A stretch of 64,000 bases of DNA from Acidobacteriota bacterium. Lineage in GTDB: Bacteria; Acidobacteriota; Blastocatellia; Pyrinomonadales; Pyrinomonadaceae. Positions 9,614 to 20,520 of this stretch are shown piece after piece (positions within the stretch are counted from its first letter, which is position 1; the number at the start of each line of letters is the position of its first letter). A program made the position numbers and the translations under genes. The stretch is taken from NCBI GenBank assembly GCA_031431415.1, contig JANPDK010000096.1:157-64156 (forward strand), in the 5' to 3' direction. Below the pieces are notes generated by a model. That model did not search any database. It was not told the DNA's origin and was given only the letters and a program-made list of their open reading frames with translations.

Positions 9614-10534
9614 ATGAAACCTCTCGCTGTAGTTATCGCTCTTCTCCTTGCACTGTCGATCACGGCTTTGTCCGCGTCGCCGTATGTTCTCGTGCTCGGC
9701 ACGGGCCAGGATGCGGGCGTGCCGCAGATGGGCTGCGAGACGCCGTTTTGCAAGCGTGCGTGGGCTGACGAGACACTTCGCGAAATGGTATCGTCGATTG
9801 CTCTCGTCGATCCGGACAGCGGCGAACGCTGGATCTTCGACGCCACGCCGTATCTGCCCGAACAGTTCGAAATGCTCAAGCGATCGACGGCCGACCGCTC
9901 GAACCGCATCGATGGCATCTTCCTCACTCATGCTCACATCGGCCATTACACCGGCTTGATGTACCTCGGCCGCGAGTCGATGAATACAAGTGGCGTCAAG
10001 GTTTTTGCGATGCCGCGAATGCGGCAGATGCTCGAGCAAAACGCTCCGTGGTCGCAACTCGTCAGCCTCAAAAACATCGCGATCCAGCCGCTTGCTGACA
10101 AAACTGAAGTTCGCCTTAATAGCCGCATCACCGTCAAGCCATTCCTCGTCCCGCACCGTGACGAGTTCTCCGAAACCGTCGGCTACCGTATCAAAACGTC
10201 GTCGAAAACGCTCGTCTTCATCCCCGATATCGACAAGTGGAGCAAGTGGCAAACGCCGCTTGCGGATGTCGTCAAGGCCAATGATTTTCTGCTCATCGAC
10301 GGCACTTTCTACGCTGACGGCGAGATCACGAGGCCGATGAGCGAGGTGCCGCATCCTTTTGTAACCGAGACGATGGATCTGCTCAAAGGGCTCAGTTCTG
10401 GCGATCGACGTAAGGTTCATTTTATTCATTTCAATCACAGCAATCCGCTTGTGCAGCGTAATGCAAAGAAGATCCGCGAGGTGCAGCTCAAGGGCTTTCG
10501 CGTCGCAAAAACCGGCCTAAAACTCGATCTGTAA
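9614..10534 (+). CDS. MBL-fold metallo-hydrolase, PqqB-like, with signal peptide
   Basis: IDGIFLTHAHIGHYTGL motif, LVPHRDEFSE, and an N-terminal signal sequence. Confidence 0.8.
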   Translation: MKPLAVVIALLLALSITALSASPYVLVLGTGQDAGVPQMGCETPFCKRAWADETLREMVSSIALVDPDSGERWIFDATPYLPEQFEMLKRSTADRSNRIDGIFLTHAHIGHYTGLMYLGRESMNTSGVKVFAMPRMRQMLEQNAPWSQLVSLKNIAIQPLADKTEVRLNSRITVKPFLVPHRDEFSETVGYRIKTSSKTLVFIPDIDKWSKWQTPLADVVKANDFLLIDGTFYADGEITRPMSEVPHPFVTETMDLLKGLSSGDRRKVHFIHFNHSNPLVQRNAKKIREVQLKGFRVAKTGLKLDL

Positions 10535-11283
10535 TGGCAAAGGAACGCATCGACAAGTTACTGGTCGAGCAAGGCCTGGCAGATTCCCGCACACGGGCCG
10601 CGGCCATGGTGATGGCCGGAATTGTGCTTGTCGGGGAAAGAAAAGCAGAAAAACCGTCAGATAAATTTGAGACGACCGCAACCATTCGGGTAAAAGGTGC
10701 GTCTATAGACTTGAAATACGTCGGCCGTGGCGGTCTGAAATTAGAAGCAGCGTTGCGGGAATATAATGTCGATGTCGAGGGATCAAATTGCATAGACATC
10801 GGCTCGTCGACAGGCGGCTTTACCGATTGCCTGTTGCAGCACGGAGCCAGCCGCGTGGTCTGCATCGATTCGGGAACGAACCAGCTCGTCTGGTCGCTCC
10901 GCACCGATGAACGCGTCGAGGTTCGTGAGCAGACCAATGCTCGCGATCTGGTGCCGACCGATTTTGAAACTCTATTTGATCTTGCTGTGATGGACGTTTC
11001 ATTCATCTCGGTGACAAAAGTTATACCGGCGATCCTGCCATTGCTGGTGGAAAATGGGCGACTGATCGTTCTGATCAAACCGCAATTTGAGGTCGGCCGT
11101 GGCGAGGTCGGCAAGGGCGGCATCGTGCGTGACAGTGAAAAACATGAGCGTGTCGTAAGTGAGATCAACGGGTTTGCCACCGGACTGGGATTGAAAGTGA
11201 GTGGCCTGATAGATTCGCCAATACTGGGTGCAGAAGGAAACAAGGAGTTTTTGGCTCTATATGCAAAAGGAAACCGCGACTGA
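10534..11283 (+). CDS. tlyA: TlyA-family rRNA (cytidine-2'-O)-methyltransferase
   Basis: S4 domain (RIDKLLVEQGLADSRTRAAAMV) and FtsJ-type SAM site (CIDIGSSTGGFTDCLLQHGA). TAATG overlap with the upstream gene. Confidence 0.9.
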   Translation: MAKERIDKLLVEQGLADSRTRAAAMVMAGIVLVGERKAEKPSDKFETTATIRVKGASIDLKYVGRGGLKLEAALREYNVDVEGSNCIDIGSSTGGFTDCLLQHGASRVVCIDSGTNQLVWSLRTDERVEVREQTNARDLVPTDFETLFDLAVMDVSFISVTKVIPAILPLLVENGRLIVLIKPQFEVGRGEVGKGGIVRDSEKHERVVSEINGFATGLGLKVSGLIDSPILGAEGNKEFLALYAKGNRD

Positions 11284-11440
11284 AACCGAAAAAGACCAGA
11301 CCTTTGTCGAAGGGCTCGATTTCTATTTTGACGAAGGCCTGATGGTACTCACACGCAAATACCTGCTCGATCGTGGCACCTGCTGCGATACAGGCTGTCG
11401 CCATTGCCCGTACTCGATCGCATCTGCGGCAAGTTCATAG
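11261..11440 (+). CDS. DUF5522-like small Cys-rich protein
   Basis: FYFDEGLMVLTRKYLLDRGTCCDTGCRHCPY. The second ATG is chosen to limit overlap with tlyA. Confidence 0.55.
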   Translation: MQKETATETEKDQTFVEGLDFYFDEGLMVLTRKYLLDRGTCCDTGCRHCPYSIASAASS

Positions 11441-11902
11441 CATAAAGACCTCGAGGTCGCCATCATTCGTCCGGTCGCCTCCATTATCATTCCCATTATT
11501 CGTACTACTACCAGACTCCGTATCATCTATATATGCGTCTTCATATATATGAGCGGTTGGCTCATCAATAAAGTCAGTGTCCGCCAAGTAGACATCAATA
11601 CCGTCCATCCTCATCACAGCTATCGACGAGATCAGACTCTCCAATATTCGTCGCTGAGCCGCATCGCGTGGATATCTGATGCCGTAGTAGACCCATTTGC
11701 CATCGCGACTTGTCGTCACCATTCCTGCATTGCGTAGATAGGCCAGATGTCTAGACACTTTTGGCTGACTCTCTTTTAATCGGTCTGCCAAAAATCCTAC
11801 GGCAACGGGACCGTCGGCCATAAGTGCCAAAAGCCGAAGCCTGGTCTTATCTCCGAGAGCGAGAAACATTGTTTCCAGTTGTGCAAATGTCGTTTCGTGC
11901 AT
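11435..11902 (-). CDS. ArsR/SmtB-family transcriptional regulator
   Basis: LGDKTRLRLLALMADGPVAVGFLADRLKESQPKVSRHLAYLRNAGMV winged-helix signature. Confidence 0.85.
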   Translation of the reverse strand: MHETTFAQLETMFLALGDKTRLRLLALMADGPVAVGFLADRLKESQPKVSRHLAYLRNAGMVTTSRDGKWVYYGIRYPRDAAQRRILESLISSIAVMRMDGIDVYLADTDFIDEPTAHIYEDAYIDDTESGSSTNNGNDNGGDRTNDGDLEVFML

Positions 11903-12039
11903 CTGACCTCCTGTGTCGGCATCTTTATATTACTGTATCCATATATATTAAGCAACAGGGAATTTCACTCACACTTTCCTCTCCGAATTGATTTGCCCGC
12001 AACTCTCGTTTACGATTAACGCTATTAGCTAACAACACC

Positions 12040-13218
12040 ATGAGCGAACGATCTCTCTTCACCAAATCAGTCCATGCGGGCGACGACCATTCTAGCCATT
12101 TTGGAGCACTGTCGGTTCCGATCTACTGCGCGTCGGTCTTTGCCTTTCCGGATGCTGACGAAGGTGCGGCTATTCATAACGAAGAGAAGGACGGCTATTA
12201 TTACGGTCGCCTCGGCAACCCGACGCAGGGTGCCCTCGAAACGGCGGTCGCCGAACTTGAGAATGGCGAGCAGGCACTCGCACTCGCATCGGGAATGGCC
12301 GCGATCTCTGCCGCCGTATTTACATTGGTAAAAGCGGGCGAACACGTCGTCGCACCGCAGTCTATGTACGCCACGGCGATCAATTTCTTTCACCACATTC
12401 AGGAGCGATTCGGAATCGAGACCACATTTGTCGACGCGACCGATGCCGAGAATTACCGTACGGCTGTCCAGCCTAATACTCGCCTCTTTTGGATCGAGAC
12501 GCCGACGAATCCGCTTGTCTTGATCACCGATATCGATGCCGTTGTGCGAATCGCCCGCGAGCATTCGATCAAGACCGTTGCGGACAACACCTTCGCGACG
12601 CCATTCAATCAACGGCCGCTCGAGCTTGGCGTAGATGCTGTCATCCATAGTGCGACCAAGTATCTCGGTGGCCACGGCGACCTTACTGCGGGTGTTCTGG
12701 TTGGTAGTAGCGAGGTAGTCGATGGCGCGCGTCAAGGTGCCAATAAATTCTACGGCGGCAACATCGCTCCGCAAGTTGCCTGGCTCGTGATACGCGGTAT
12801 CAAGACATTGGCACTGAGAATGGAGCGTCATAATGCAAACGCATTCGCTATAGCGAATATGTTGGGCGATCATCCGAAGGTCGAGGCTGTTTTTTATCCT
12901 GGCCTTGAGTCTCATCAGAACCACGAGATCGCCAAGCGGCAGATGCCCGGGGGGTTTGGCGGTATGATCGGCTTTGATCTTGGTACGGTTGAGCGCGGAA
13001 AGGCATTTGCCAACGCTGTCAGGCTCTGTACGCTCGCAACGTCGCTCGGTGGCGTCGAAACTATCCTGCAGCACTCGGCGTCGATGACTCATGCGACGCT
13101 CCCACGAGAAGATCGGCTTAAAGCAGGCGTCACAGACGGCCTCATCCGCCTTTCGGTCGGCATCGAAGACGTCGACGACCTGATCGAGGATATCACCCAA
13201 GCTCTCGACGCAATCTAA
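12040..13218 (+). CDS. PLP-dependent Cys/Met-metabolism enzyme (methionine gamma-lyase / cystathionine gamma-synthase family)
   Basis: Family-wide similarity including the PLP lysine context [19 protein letters not shown]. Confidence 0.9.
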   Translation: MSERSLFTKSVHAGDDHSSHFGALSVPIYCASVFAFPDADEGAAIHNEEKDGYYYGRLGNPTQGALETAVAELENGEQALALASGMAAISAAVFTLVKAGEHVVAPQSMYATAINFFHHIQERFGIETTFVDATDAENYRTAVQPNTRLFWIETPTNPLVLITDIDAVVRIAREHSIKTVADNTFATPFNQRPLELGVDAVIHSATKYLGGHGDLTAGVLVGSSEVVDGARQGANKFYGGNIAPQVAWLVIRGIKTLALRMERHNANAFAIANMLGDHPKVEAVFYPGLESHQNHEIAKRQMPGGFGGMIGFDLGTVERGKAFANAVRLCTLATSLGGVETILQHSASMTHATLPREDRLKAGVTDGLIRLSVGIEDVDDLIEDITQALDAI

Positions 13219-13237
13219 CATATCCGTGTATCGTAAT

Positions 13238-14713
13238 ATGTCGTACATACTCGCACTCGACCAGGGCACAACCAGCAGCCGCTCGATCATCTTTGACCAC
13301 TCCGGCAACGTTGTCTCGGTCGGCCAGCAGGAACATCGGCAGATATACCCTGCGTCCGGATGGGTCGAGCATGATCCTGGAGAGATCTGGGAAACGCAAA
13401 TGGCTACGGTTACCGAGGCCCTTGGCAAAGCCAATCTTTCGGCATCGGACATTGTTGCGCTCGGCATCACCAACCAGCGCGAAACCACCATCATTTGGGA
13501 TCGTGAAACAGGCGAGCCCATCCACAACGCCATTGTCTGGCAAGACCGTCGTACGGCCGCGATGTGTGATTCTATCCGTGAAACGCATGGCAAAATGATA
13601 CGCTTCAAAACGGGCCTTGAGGTCGATGCGTATTTTTCGGCTAGCAAGATCAATTGGCTGCTTGACAATGTTCCCGATGCACGCCGTCGTGCGGACGATG
13701 GTGAGCTCGCATTTGGAACGGTCGATACATGGCTTGTTTGGAAGCTGACGAATGGCAGCTCGCACATTACGGATGCCTCCAATGCGTCGAGAACGATGCT
13801 TTTCGACATCAATACTCTCGCGTGGGATGAGGAGCTGTTAGATATATGTGCTATACCACATGTGTTACTACCTGCGGTTCGGTCTTCGACTGAGATCTAT
13901 TGCGAAGTGGAGACCAGCGAGCTTAAGGGCACTCGTATCGCGGGCATTGCTGGCGATCAGCAGGCTGCATTGTTCGGGCAGGCTTGCTTCGAGGCTGGTT
14001 CAACTAAGAACACATACGGCACCGGCTGCTTTATGCTGCAGAATGTTGGAGACAAGCCAGTTGCGTCGAGCAATCGTTTGCTGTCGACAGTCGCCTGGCA
14101 GATCAACGGGCGAACTGAATATGCGCTTGAGGGTAGCGTGTTCATTGGCGGTGCGGTCATACAGTGGTTGAGAGATTCGCTGGGTATAATTGAGACGTCT
14201 AAGGACGTTGAGGCGTTGGCGGCGACAGATAATGGCGGCGTTTATTTTGTGCCCGCTTTTGCCGGTCTGGGAACGCCGCATTGGGATCAGAATGCTCGCG
14301 GCGTCATTGTCGGATTGACGCGCGGTACAGGTAAAGAACATATTGCACGGGCCGCAGTCGAGTCAATAGCTTTTCAAACGGCTGACCTATTGACCGCGAT
14401 GAATGCCGATTCGCGTGTCGATCTTTCTGAACTGCGGGTTGATGGCGGAGCGTCACGGAATGATTCGCTGTTGCAGTTCCAGGCTGATATTTTGCAGATA
14501 CCTGTCATTAGATCAAAGACTGCTGAGACGACTGCTCTCGGTGCGGCGTATCTTGCCGGGCTAGCAGTTGGCTTTTGGAAGGACAAAGCTGAGATCGCTG
14601 AGCATTGGCAAGTGGATACAAGGTTCGAGCCGCAGATGCCGGCGTCCACGGCGAGTCGTCTGATGGAGCGTTGGCACGAGGCTGTCAGGCGGTCGCTGAA
14701 GTGGGAGAGCTAA
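13238..14713 (+). CDS. glpK: glycerol kinase
   Basis: [25 protein letters not shown] and the FGGY C-terminal domain. ATG 13238 is preferred over GTG 13226. Confidence 0.95.
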   Translation: MSYILALDQGTTSSRSIIFDHSGNVVSVGQQEHRQIYPASGWVEHDPGEIWETQMATVTEALGKANLSASDIVALGITNQRETTIIWDRETGEPIHNAIVWQDRRTAAMCDSIRETHGKMIRFKTGLEVDAYFSASKINWLLDNVPDARRRADDGELAFGTVDTWLVWKLTNGSSHITDASNASRTMLFDINTLAWDEELLDICAIPHVLLPAVRSSTEIYCEVETSELKGTRIAGIAGDQQAALFGQACFEAGSTKNTYGTGCFMLQNVGDKPVASSNRLLSTVAWQINGRTEYALEGSVFIGGAVIQWLRDSLGIIETSKDVEALAATDNGGVYFVPAFAGLGTPHWDQNARGVIVGLTRGTGKEHIARAAVESIAFQTADLLTAMNADSRVDLSELRVDGGASRNDSLLQFQADILQIPVIRSKTAETTALGAAYLAGLAVGFWKDKAEIAEHWQVDTRFEPQMPASTASRLMERWHEAVRRSLKWES

Positions 14714-14762
14714 CTTCAATGTTCGTTGCAGTTTGCAGCCGAGGGTGACTGCGCTCCCGGCA

Positions 14763-15971
14763 TTAGCTTTCCCGTGGATCTTCGCCTTTGGATTTGCTCA
14801 TCACCGGTGCCGCCGAAGCGGTTGGCAATGGCAGGCCGATGCCGTCTGCACTTACCAGAGGCGTGTCATCGTCCTCTCGGTCATCGAGCGTATCAGCGAC
14901 TATCATCTTGCCCGACTGCTTGGTAAAGGTAAGCATCTCGTTCTCAAAATCGACTATGACATAGTCGCCGGTCTCGACCTGTTCGGTGGCGACGAGATTT
15001 GACAGCGGATAGACGAGGAAGCGTTCGATCGCACGCTTTAGGTGGCGGGCTCCGTATTTGAGATCGATACCCTCGCCGAGCAAATATTCCTTGGCGTCGG
15101 TCGTGCATTCGAAAACAAATTTAGTCCCGGCCGACTCAGTGATGCGATTCTGAACGCTGCGAAGCTCGATATCGAGTATCAGGCGCAGATGATGTTCCTT
15201 GAGACTTCTGAACACCACCACCTTGTCGATGCGGTTCATAAATTCCGGTGAGAATTTACGTTTCGCGGCTTCGAGTGCGGTGCGGTAAATTTTGGTGTCG
15301 ATCTCGTTGTCGGCCTTGACCTGATCGGTCTTGGTCGGGGCAAATCCGATGCCTCCTGAGATCATGTCTGACATTTCGCGTGCTCCGAGATTGGAGGTCA
15401 TGATGACAACGGTTCGCGAAAAATCTACACGCCGATTGTCGCCCAGCGTCAACGTTGCCTTGTCCAAAATTCCCAGCAGAAGCTGCCAGAGCGAGTCCGA
15501 CGCTTTCTCGATCTCGTCGAACAGCACAAACGTCAGCTTGTTATCGTCAGTGTGGGCCTTGTCGAGATTCTCCTGCGTGAGCATCGGAGCCGTCTCACGA
15601 TGACCGAGATATCCCGGAGGCGAGCCGATCAGCTTGGCGATCTCGTGCGAATGTTGAAACTCAGCACAGTCGATCTTGACCACCGCGAACGGATCGATGA
15701 ACAGCACTTCGCTGGCCGCCTCGACAACGCGCGTTTTGCCCGAGCCGGTTGGCCCGAGGAAAAGCATCGTGCCGATCGGCCGCGACGGGTTATTCATCCC
15801 GGCGAGATATATCTGGAACAGCCCGCTCATGCGGCGAACGGCGCGTTCCTGGCCGACGATCTGGGCTGTGAGCTTATCCTCAAACTCAGCCGCACGCGGG
15901 CTCTTGCGATCGGGGTCGAGCAAGATTCCTTTATCCGTGTTCTCTTTCTTCTTTGCCGATTCCTGTTTCAT
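14763..15971 (-). CDS. stand-alone Clp/Hsp100 D2-type AAA+ ATPase
   Basis: Walker A LFLGPTGSGKT, Walker B LFDEIEKA, sensor VIMTSNLG and a ClpB_D2-small-like C-terminus. There is no D1 or N-domain. Confidence 0.85.
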   Translation of the reverse strand: MKQESAKKKENTDKGILLDPDRKSPRAAEFEDKLTAQIVGQERAVRRMSGLFQIYLAGMNNPSRPIGTMLFLGPTGSGKTRVVEAASEVLFIDPFAVVKIDCAEFQHSHEIAKLIGSPPGYLGHRETAPMLTQENLDKAHTDDNKLTFVLFDEIEKASDSLWQLLLGILDKATLTLGDNRRVDFSRTVVIMTSNLGAREMSDMISGGIGFAPTKTDQVKADNEIDTKIYRTALEAAKRKFSPEFMNRIDKVVVFRSLKEHHLRLILDIELRSVQNRITESAGTKFVFECTTDAKEYLLGEGIDLKYGARHLKRAIERFLVYPLSNLVATEQVETGDYVIVDFENEMLTFTKQSGKMIVADTLDDREDDDTPLVSADGIGLPLPTASAAPVMSKSKGEDPRES

Positions 15972-16253
15972 CTCTTTACCCTCGTCTGAGAGCGTTTGGC
16001 TCTCAACTCTTAGAACGTAAATTTTACCTCAAACTTGCCAGCAATCGCAGGATGCGCGTCGCCGACAGTAATGATGATTTCAAAAGATGTATCGTTGGCT
16101 GGACTTTAGCAGCGTGGGACTCACGCCCAGATGGCGGCCGCGGGTATGAAAGCCCACGCCAAGATAAGAATTAACATATATATAAACATTGACGCAATAG
16201 GTAAGGCGGAATATTTTTTGCGGGTTTTGTGGAAGAAACGAACGATCTCGACT

Positions 16254-16565
16254 TTAAGATTCGATTTCGATAAACATATTCGGTTGTATCTCGCCCAATG
16301 CGGAGTCTATCTTTGGGAGCAAAGATCTCACGACAGGCACCTGATTGCTGGGCAACAAAACGATCGAGAGATCGAGGGCCGATAGATTTTGTTGGTAGCG
16401 GAGATTCTTGTCGGAGGTGATAAATACGTCGAATTCCGCTGCCACCCTTTTCAGCAGTTCGCCGTTCTTGATACCGGCCCAACCCATGTCTTGCACGGAA
16501 ACAATATCGCGATCCGGTATTCGCTTGACGATGTTGGGCACACATTCATCGATGATAATTCTCAT
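16254..16565 (-). CDS. DUF5615 PIN-like putative toxin
   Basis: MRIIIDECVP..VFITSDKNLRYQQNL. 4-nt overlap with the upstream DUF433 gene. Confidence 0.75.
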   Translation of the reverse strand: MRIIIDECVPNIVKRIPDRDIVSVQDMGWAGIKNGELLKRVAAEFDVFITSDKNLRYQQNLSALDLSIVLLPSNQVPVVRSLLPKIDSALGEIQPNMFIEIES

Positions 16566-16789
16566 GCGGCCAGACTGAGGTCGTTAAGCTCAGCGCGAAA
16601 ATAAGCGAGAACACTTATCGCGTCCTGTCGGCGAACCGTTGGGAAGTTCTCCAGAAACTCATCGAGAGAGACGCCTGCTTCCAGATTTTCCAACAGAGCG
16701 GAGACGGGAACTCTCGTGCCAATAAAAACCGGCACGCCGCTCATTATTTCTGGGTCGATGGTAATCGGAATATTTTCGGTTATAGTCAT
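16562..16789 (-). CDS. DUF433 putative antitoxin
   Basis: IDPEIMSGVPVFIGTRVPVSALLENLEAGVSLDEFLENFP matches DUF433. Confidence 0.8.
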   Translation of the reverse strand: MTITENIPITIDPEIMSGVPVFIGTRVPVSALLENLEAGVSLDEFLENFPTVRRQDAISVLAYFRAELNDLSLAA

Positions 16790-16824
16790 AATTTCGCAAT
16801 TTTACCACAGGGCGATGTCCTCAC

Positions 16825-19800
16825 CTATGGTCTTGCAACTACGAAAGGGCGTGGCTCGGTCTCGCGGCGGTAGAAGACTCGCGGTCGCTGGATGTTGTCG
16901 TTTCCGGCGGGATCGCCCGTCTTTTTCTTTTCTTGAGTCAACTGTGTCAACTGTCTCTTCGCAAGATCGTCCTGCTGCATCTGCGGGACGCGTTCGGTGG
17001 CGAAGTTGAGCCATTCACGCAACAGAACTTGCCCGTCTTTTGGTTCCCGATCTGCGGCCGGCGTTTTTAACCCTTCTTCGACAAGTGCATAGGTGAGAAA
17101 ACCGTGTCCGAGTTTAGCAGTCTCTTTTGCGGCCTGATAGCTCTGAGCCGCAGTCAGAATGTACATTCCTTTTTCGTAAGCAAGCTGCGCAAGGCCCTTG
17201 CTATTCATCGGCCCGCGACGTTTTTCGTCAGCCTCAAGTGCCTGCCCTGAGTTACAAGCGTCGATCACAAGCAACATTTGTCCCGCATCGATGCCCTCGA
17301 CCGCAGCTTCCAACTCCTCGTCAGAAATGCTGTGAGCAAGAATACTCTTCAGCCCAGCCGCATCCAGTTGTGTGCGACTGCCCGCGTAACCAAGATCATG
17401 CGGAATCAGGTAAAAACGATTTTGCTGGGCTGTACCGTGTCCGGCGAAGAATATCGTCAAACTGTCTTCGGGTTGAACCTTTGCCGATAAGTCGTTTAGT
17501 GCCTTTAGAATATTGCCTTTAGTTGCATCCTCGTCATTTAACGCTATGACTTCGACGCGTGCGTAATTGCCGAGCTTCTCTTGTTCCCGCTTAAATTCAC
17601 CCGCAAAATCTTTCGCGTCAGCGACGGCATAGGCCAAATTGTATTGCGTGTTTGAATACTCATTCACACCAACCGCGAGAACATAAGCCGTGCCCTTTCG
17701 CTTGAGACTATCGGCTCCGGTAACAATTAGCGTAGCATCGCTACTTTTCACGTTATCACGGTTAAAAGCGTATGCCGTCAAATTGTTCTCTCCGGCAACT
17801 ATCGGAATAGTAGCATCGAGCGTGACCCTCTGCTGTCCTTTCAAAACATCCCCATGCCAGACCTTTACCAGAGAACCGTTGCGAAAAACTCGGACATCCT
17901 GCGCCCCACTAGGCCTTTTCACATCAGCCTGTCGAGCCCTGTCCTGATTATTGGTTATCTCGACGGTAATATTGACGATTCGACTCGCTGTCGGAATTTC
18001 GTTTGGAGAAGTAGCTGGTTTTCCATCGATTGCCGTGATCTCAACACTTGGCTGTCGAATATCAACTTGCGACAAGTTCGTTAACGGCTGCTGCGGTGTA
18101 CGTCCCGCAAAGATTTCCTGTAGCAGTCCTGGAAAATAAAACTCTTTGAAAAAAGCTTCGACGGGTGCGTTTCTAAAAGTATTATTATCAAATCTCCAAT
18201 TTAGTTGCTTCAAAGCGTCCGGAGTTCCGTCAAATAAACCTTCCGGTGAAATTACTAACCAATCGTGACGCCCAAAGGTAATTAACCTCGCCATTTTCTT
18301 ACCAGTTCGAACGTCCCAGAGACCATTACTCGTAACCAGCAACTTCCCGTTTGGGCTAAACGACATTGAACGAAGCAACATCGAGGATCCGGCAAACTCC
18401 CGCAGTTTCACCCCTCGGCCGAGATCCCACAATTCCACCGCATCATTGGTTTCGCTTGATATCGCTACCAGTCTATTGTCTGGGCTAAACTCAACATTTG
18501 TTGAGAATACGTCTAATTTCCTCCGTATGCGGCCGTTACCGACATCGAACAAAAATATCGCGCCGCCGGTTTTACCTAGTTGGCCTTCGCTCTCTTTCGC
18601 TGCACTGTTAACCATTGTACTGATAACTAGAGATTTACCGTCACGACTAAATGCAACCCCAAGCGGCATGAAGGGATTGATTGGAATCGACAAGTCCCCA
18701 ATTGTACGAACTAGTTCTCCATTGGCAATATTCCAAAGCTTGACTTGAGAGAAGCCCGGCATTGGCAACCCACTTTGGCCCATAAGGCCACAATACCTGC
18801 TGTCTGGACTAAAGATCGCGGTTCCACTTCCAATTGCAAAACCCTCTTCTGACAAAGTCTTGACTTTTGCTCCTGTTGTCACATTCCAAATTTCAACCTT
18901 TGTATTTGTAAAAAAAGTCGCAGGAATACCTCCTGGCTGCATTCCCATTTGCATCAATGCCTGATTCCCCGGTGAACCTATTGTCGCCAAGAATTTGCCA
19001 TTGGGACTGAAAATTATTTGAGAGGTTGTTTGTTGGTCAAGTTGGAGGGTATGAACCGTCGCACCGGACTCAACATCCAATATGCTAACCGTTTTATCGT
19101 TGTTTGATTGTGCCGCAAGTTTGCCGTCGAAACTGACTGTGATAGCGTCCGCGTTTTTACTTATTGAAACCGTTCGTGGCTCCCTGTTATCTAATAGATC
19201 CCATGTTTTAATCGATTTGCCCTCGATAACGCTTCCTCTAATATCGTTCACGCCACTAATCACGGTTACCAAACTCTTGCCATCTGAAGTAAACATTCTC
19301 GATTCTACTCCAGATTCCAGCCCTTTAAGTGAATGGAGAATCTTGCCAGTAACACTGTTCCATATATGAACCTCTCCGCCACGGCTCCCACTCGCAATAA
19401 GCCGACCGTTTGGACTAAAGGTAACCGAAAGACTACCGGTCCGAGGGTCTTCAAGCCGCCGGACTTCAGTGCCCGTTTTTGCACCAACTATTCTAGTCAG
19501 ATTAGTCATATCTGATTCCGCATCGCTTCCGATGGCAATACTCTTGCTGTCTGGGCTAAAGGCAATTGATCCGAAAGTAAAAGCCTTGGCTTTAAATGTG
19601 GCAACTTCCTCTCCATTATCAATTGCCCAGACGTGTAAGGTGCCATCGGGATCAGCGCTTACCAGTTCATTCCCATCAGAACTGATCGCGACTGGCTGAA
19701 CCATCCCCAGGCCTTCCGACGCCTTTCCATAAGTCCGAAGTTCAATACCCGAGGCGACGTCCCAAAACTTGACCGTATTACCATGTGCCCCCGAAACGAG

Positions 19801-20367
19801 CGACTTTCCATCTGGGGTAAACGCAACATAGGCGCCTGCTGCTCCAGGGTTGATGATCTCAAGGACTTTGGTCCCCGTTACGACATCGTGCAAAGTAATA
19901 TGGGTCTTAGACGAGCCTTTTTCGTCCTGTGTCGACGCTCGAATCGCTATTAGCTTTCCGTCCGGGCTAAAAGCAACCGAAAAAACAAAAGATTCCTTTG
20001 CAAAATTACTAAGCCTTTGCCCAGAGGCAACATCCCATAAATAAACTCCGCCTGGCCCACCGCAAGCCAGAATATTACCGTCGGGGCTAAAGGCGACCGA
20101 AAGGACCATCGTTTTTTCAAAGTGGAAAACTCTCAGTTCTGTACCCTCATTGACATCCCAGAGTCTGACAGTACCGTCCCAACTCCCGCTCGCCAGCATC
20201 CTGCCGTCTGGACTGAATGCAACTGCATTAACCACGATCCTGTGCCCCTGGCGAACAATGAGTTCCGGTGTCTGACCAACCGCAATGAGCGTCGTCAGAC
20301 ACAGCAGACCTATCAGCGGTAACGCGGTTTTGAGTTTTTGAATAGATGCGAATGTGTGCATATTCAC
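16825..20367 (-). CDS. secreted WD40-repeat protein with C-terminal caspase (peptidase C14) domain
   Basis: Signal peptide (LPLIGLLCLTTLIAVGQ), about 14 WD40 units (SPDG..LASGS.DGTV.LWDV), then a caspase His/Cys dyad context (IFFAGHGT ... LLVIDACNSGQAL). Confidence 0.9.
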   Translation of the reverse strand: MNMHTFASIQKLKTALPLIGLLCLTTLIAVGQTPELIVRQGHRIVVNAVAFSPDGRMLASGSWDGTVRLWDVNEGTELRVFHFEKTMVLSVAFSPDGNILACGGPGGVYLWDVASGQRLSNFAKESFVFSVAFSPDGKLIAIRASTQDEKGSSKTHITLHDVVTGTKVLEIINPGAAGAYVAFTPDGKSLVSGAHGNTVKFWDVASGIELRTYGKASEGLGMVQPVAISSDGNELVSADPDGTLHVWAIDNGEEVATFKAKAFTFGSIAFSPDSKSIAIGSDAESDMTNLTRIVGAKTGTEVRRLEDPRTGSLSVTFSPNGRLIASGSRGGEVHIWNSVTGKILHSLKGLESGVESRMFTSDGKSLVTVISGVNDIRGSVIEGKSIKTWDLLDNREPRTVSISKNADAITVSFDGKLAAQSNNDKTVSILDVESGATVHTLQLDQQTTSQIIFSPNGKFLATIGSPGNQALMQMGMQPGGIPATFFTNTKVEIWNVTTGAKVKTLSEEGFAIGSGTAIFSPDSRYCGLMGQSGLPMPGFSQVKLWNIANGELVRTIGDLSIPINPFMPLGVAFSRDGKSLVISTMVNSAAKESEGQLGKTGGAIFLFDVGNGRIRRKLDVFSTNVEFSPDNRLVAISSETNDAVELWDLGRGVKLREFAGSSMLLRSMSFSPNGKLLVTSNGLWDVRTGKKMARLITFGRHDWLVISPEGLFDGTPDALKQLNWRFDNNTFRNAPVEAFFKEFYFPGLLQEIFAGRTPQQPLTNLSQVDIRQPSVEITAIDGKPATSPNEIPTASRIVNITVEITNNQDRARQADVKRPSGAQDVRVFRNGSLVKVWHGDVLKGQQRVTLDATIPIVAGENNLTAYAFNRDNVKSSDATLIVTGADSLKRKGTAYVLAVGVNEYSNTQYNLAYAVADAKDFAGEFKREQEKLGNYARVEVIALNDEDATKGNILKALNDLSAKVQPEDSLTIFFAGHGTAQQNRFYLIPHDLGYAGSRTQLDAAGLKSILAHSISDEELEAAVEGIDAGQMLLVIDACNSGQALEADEKRRGPMNSKGLAQLAYEKGMYILTAAQSYQAAKETAKLGHGFLTYALVEEGLKTPAADREPKDGQVLLREWLNFATERVPQMQQDDLAKRQLTQLTQEKKKTGDPAGNDNIQRPRVFYRRETEPRPFVVARP

Positions 20368-20520
20368 AAAGAAGCCTTTGGGGGCTGAGTGAAACAGTAT
20401 TCGGGGGATTGTCAGTTTCAGATGAGAATTCTATCAGAAAAAGGGGTTGGGGGCATTTCCGTGAATCCTCGTCGCTGAAGGAGACAAAGTGTTGGTTCTT
20501 GCGGCTCGCCGCTCTTTTTG

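Noticed and set aside
11923-11952. AT-rich imperfect inverted repeat (CTTTATATTA..TATATATTAAG) as an ArsR operator
   Set aside because: Only about 7 of 10 positions are symmetric and the whole spacer is AT-rich. That is not enough to call a site.
12067-13812. 581-aa minus-strand ORF, the longest unassigned ORF in the track
   Set aside because: It is antisense to two strongly supported plus-strand genes (the PLP enzyme and glpK) and crosses their intergenic gap. Its R/S/C-rich composition is typical of a stop-poor antisense frame in GC-rich DNA.
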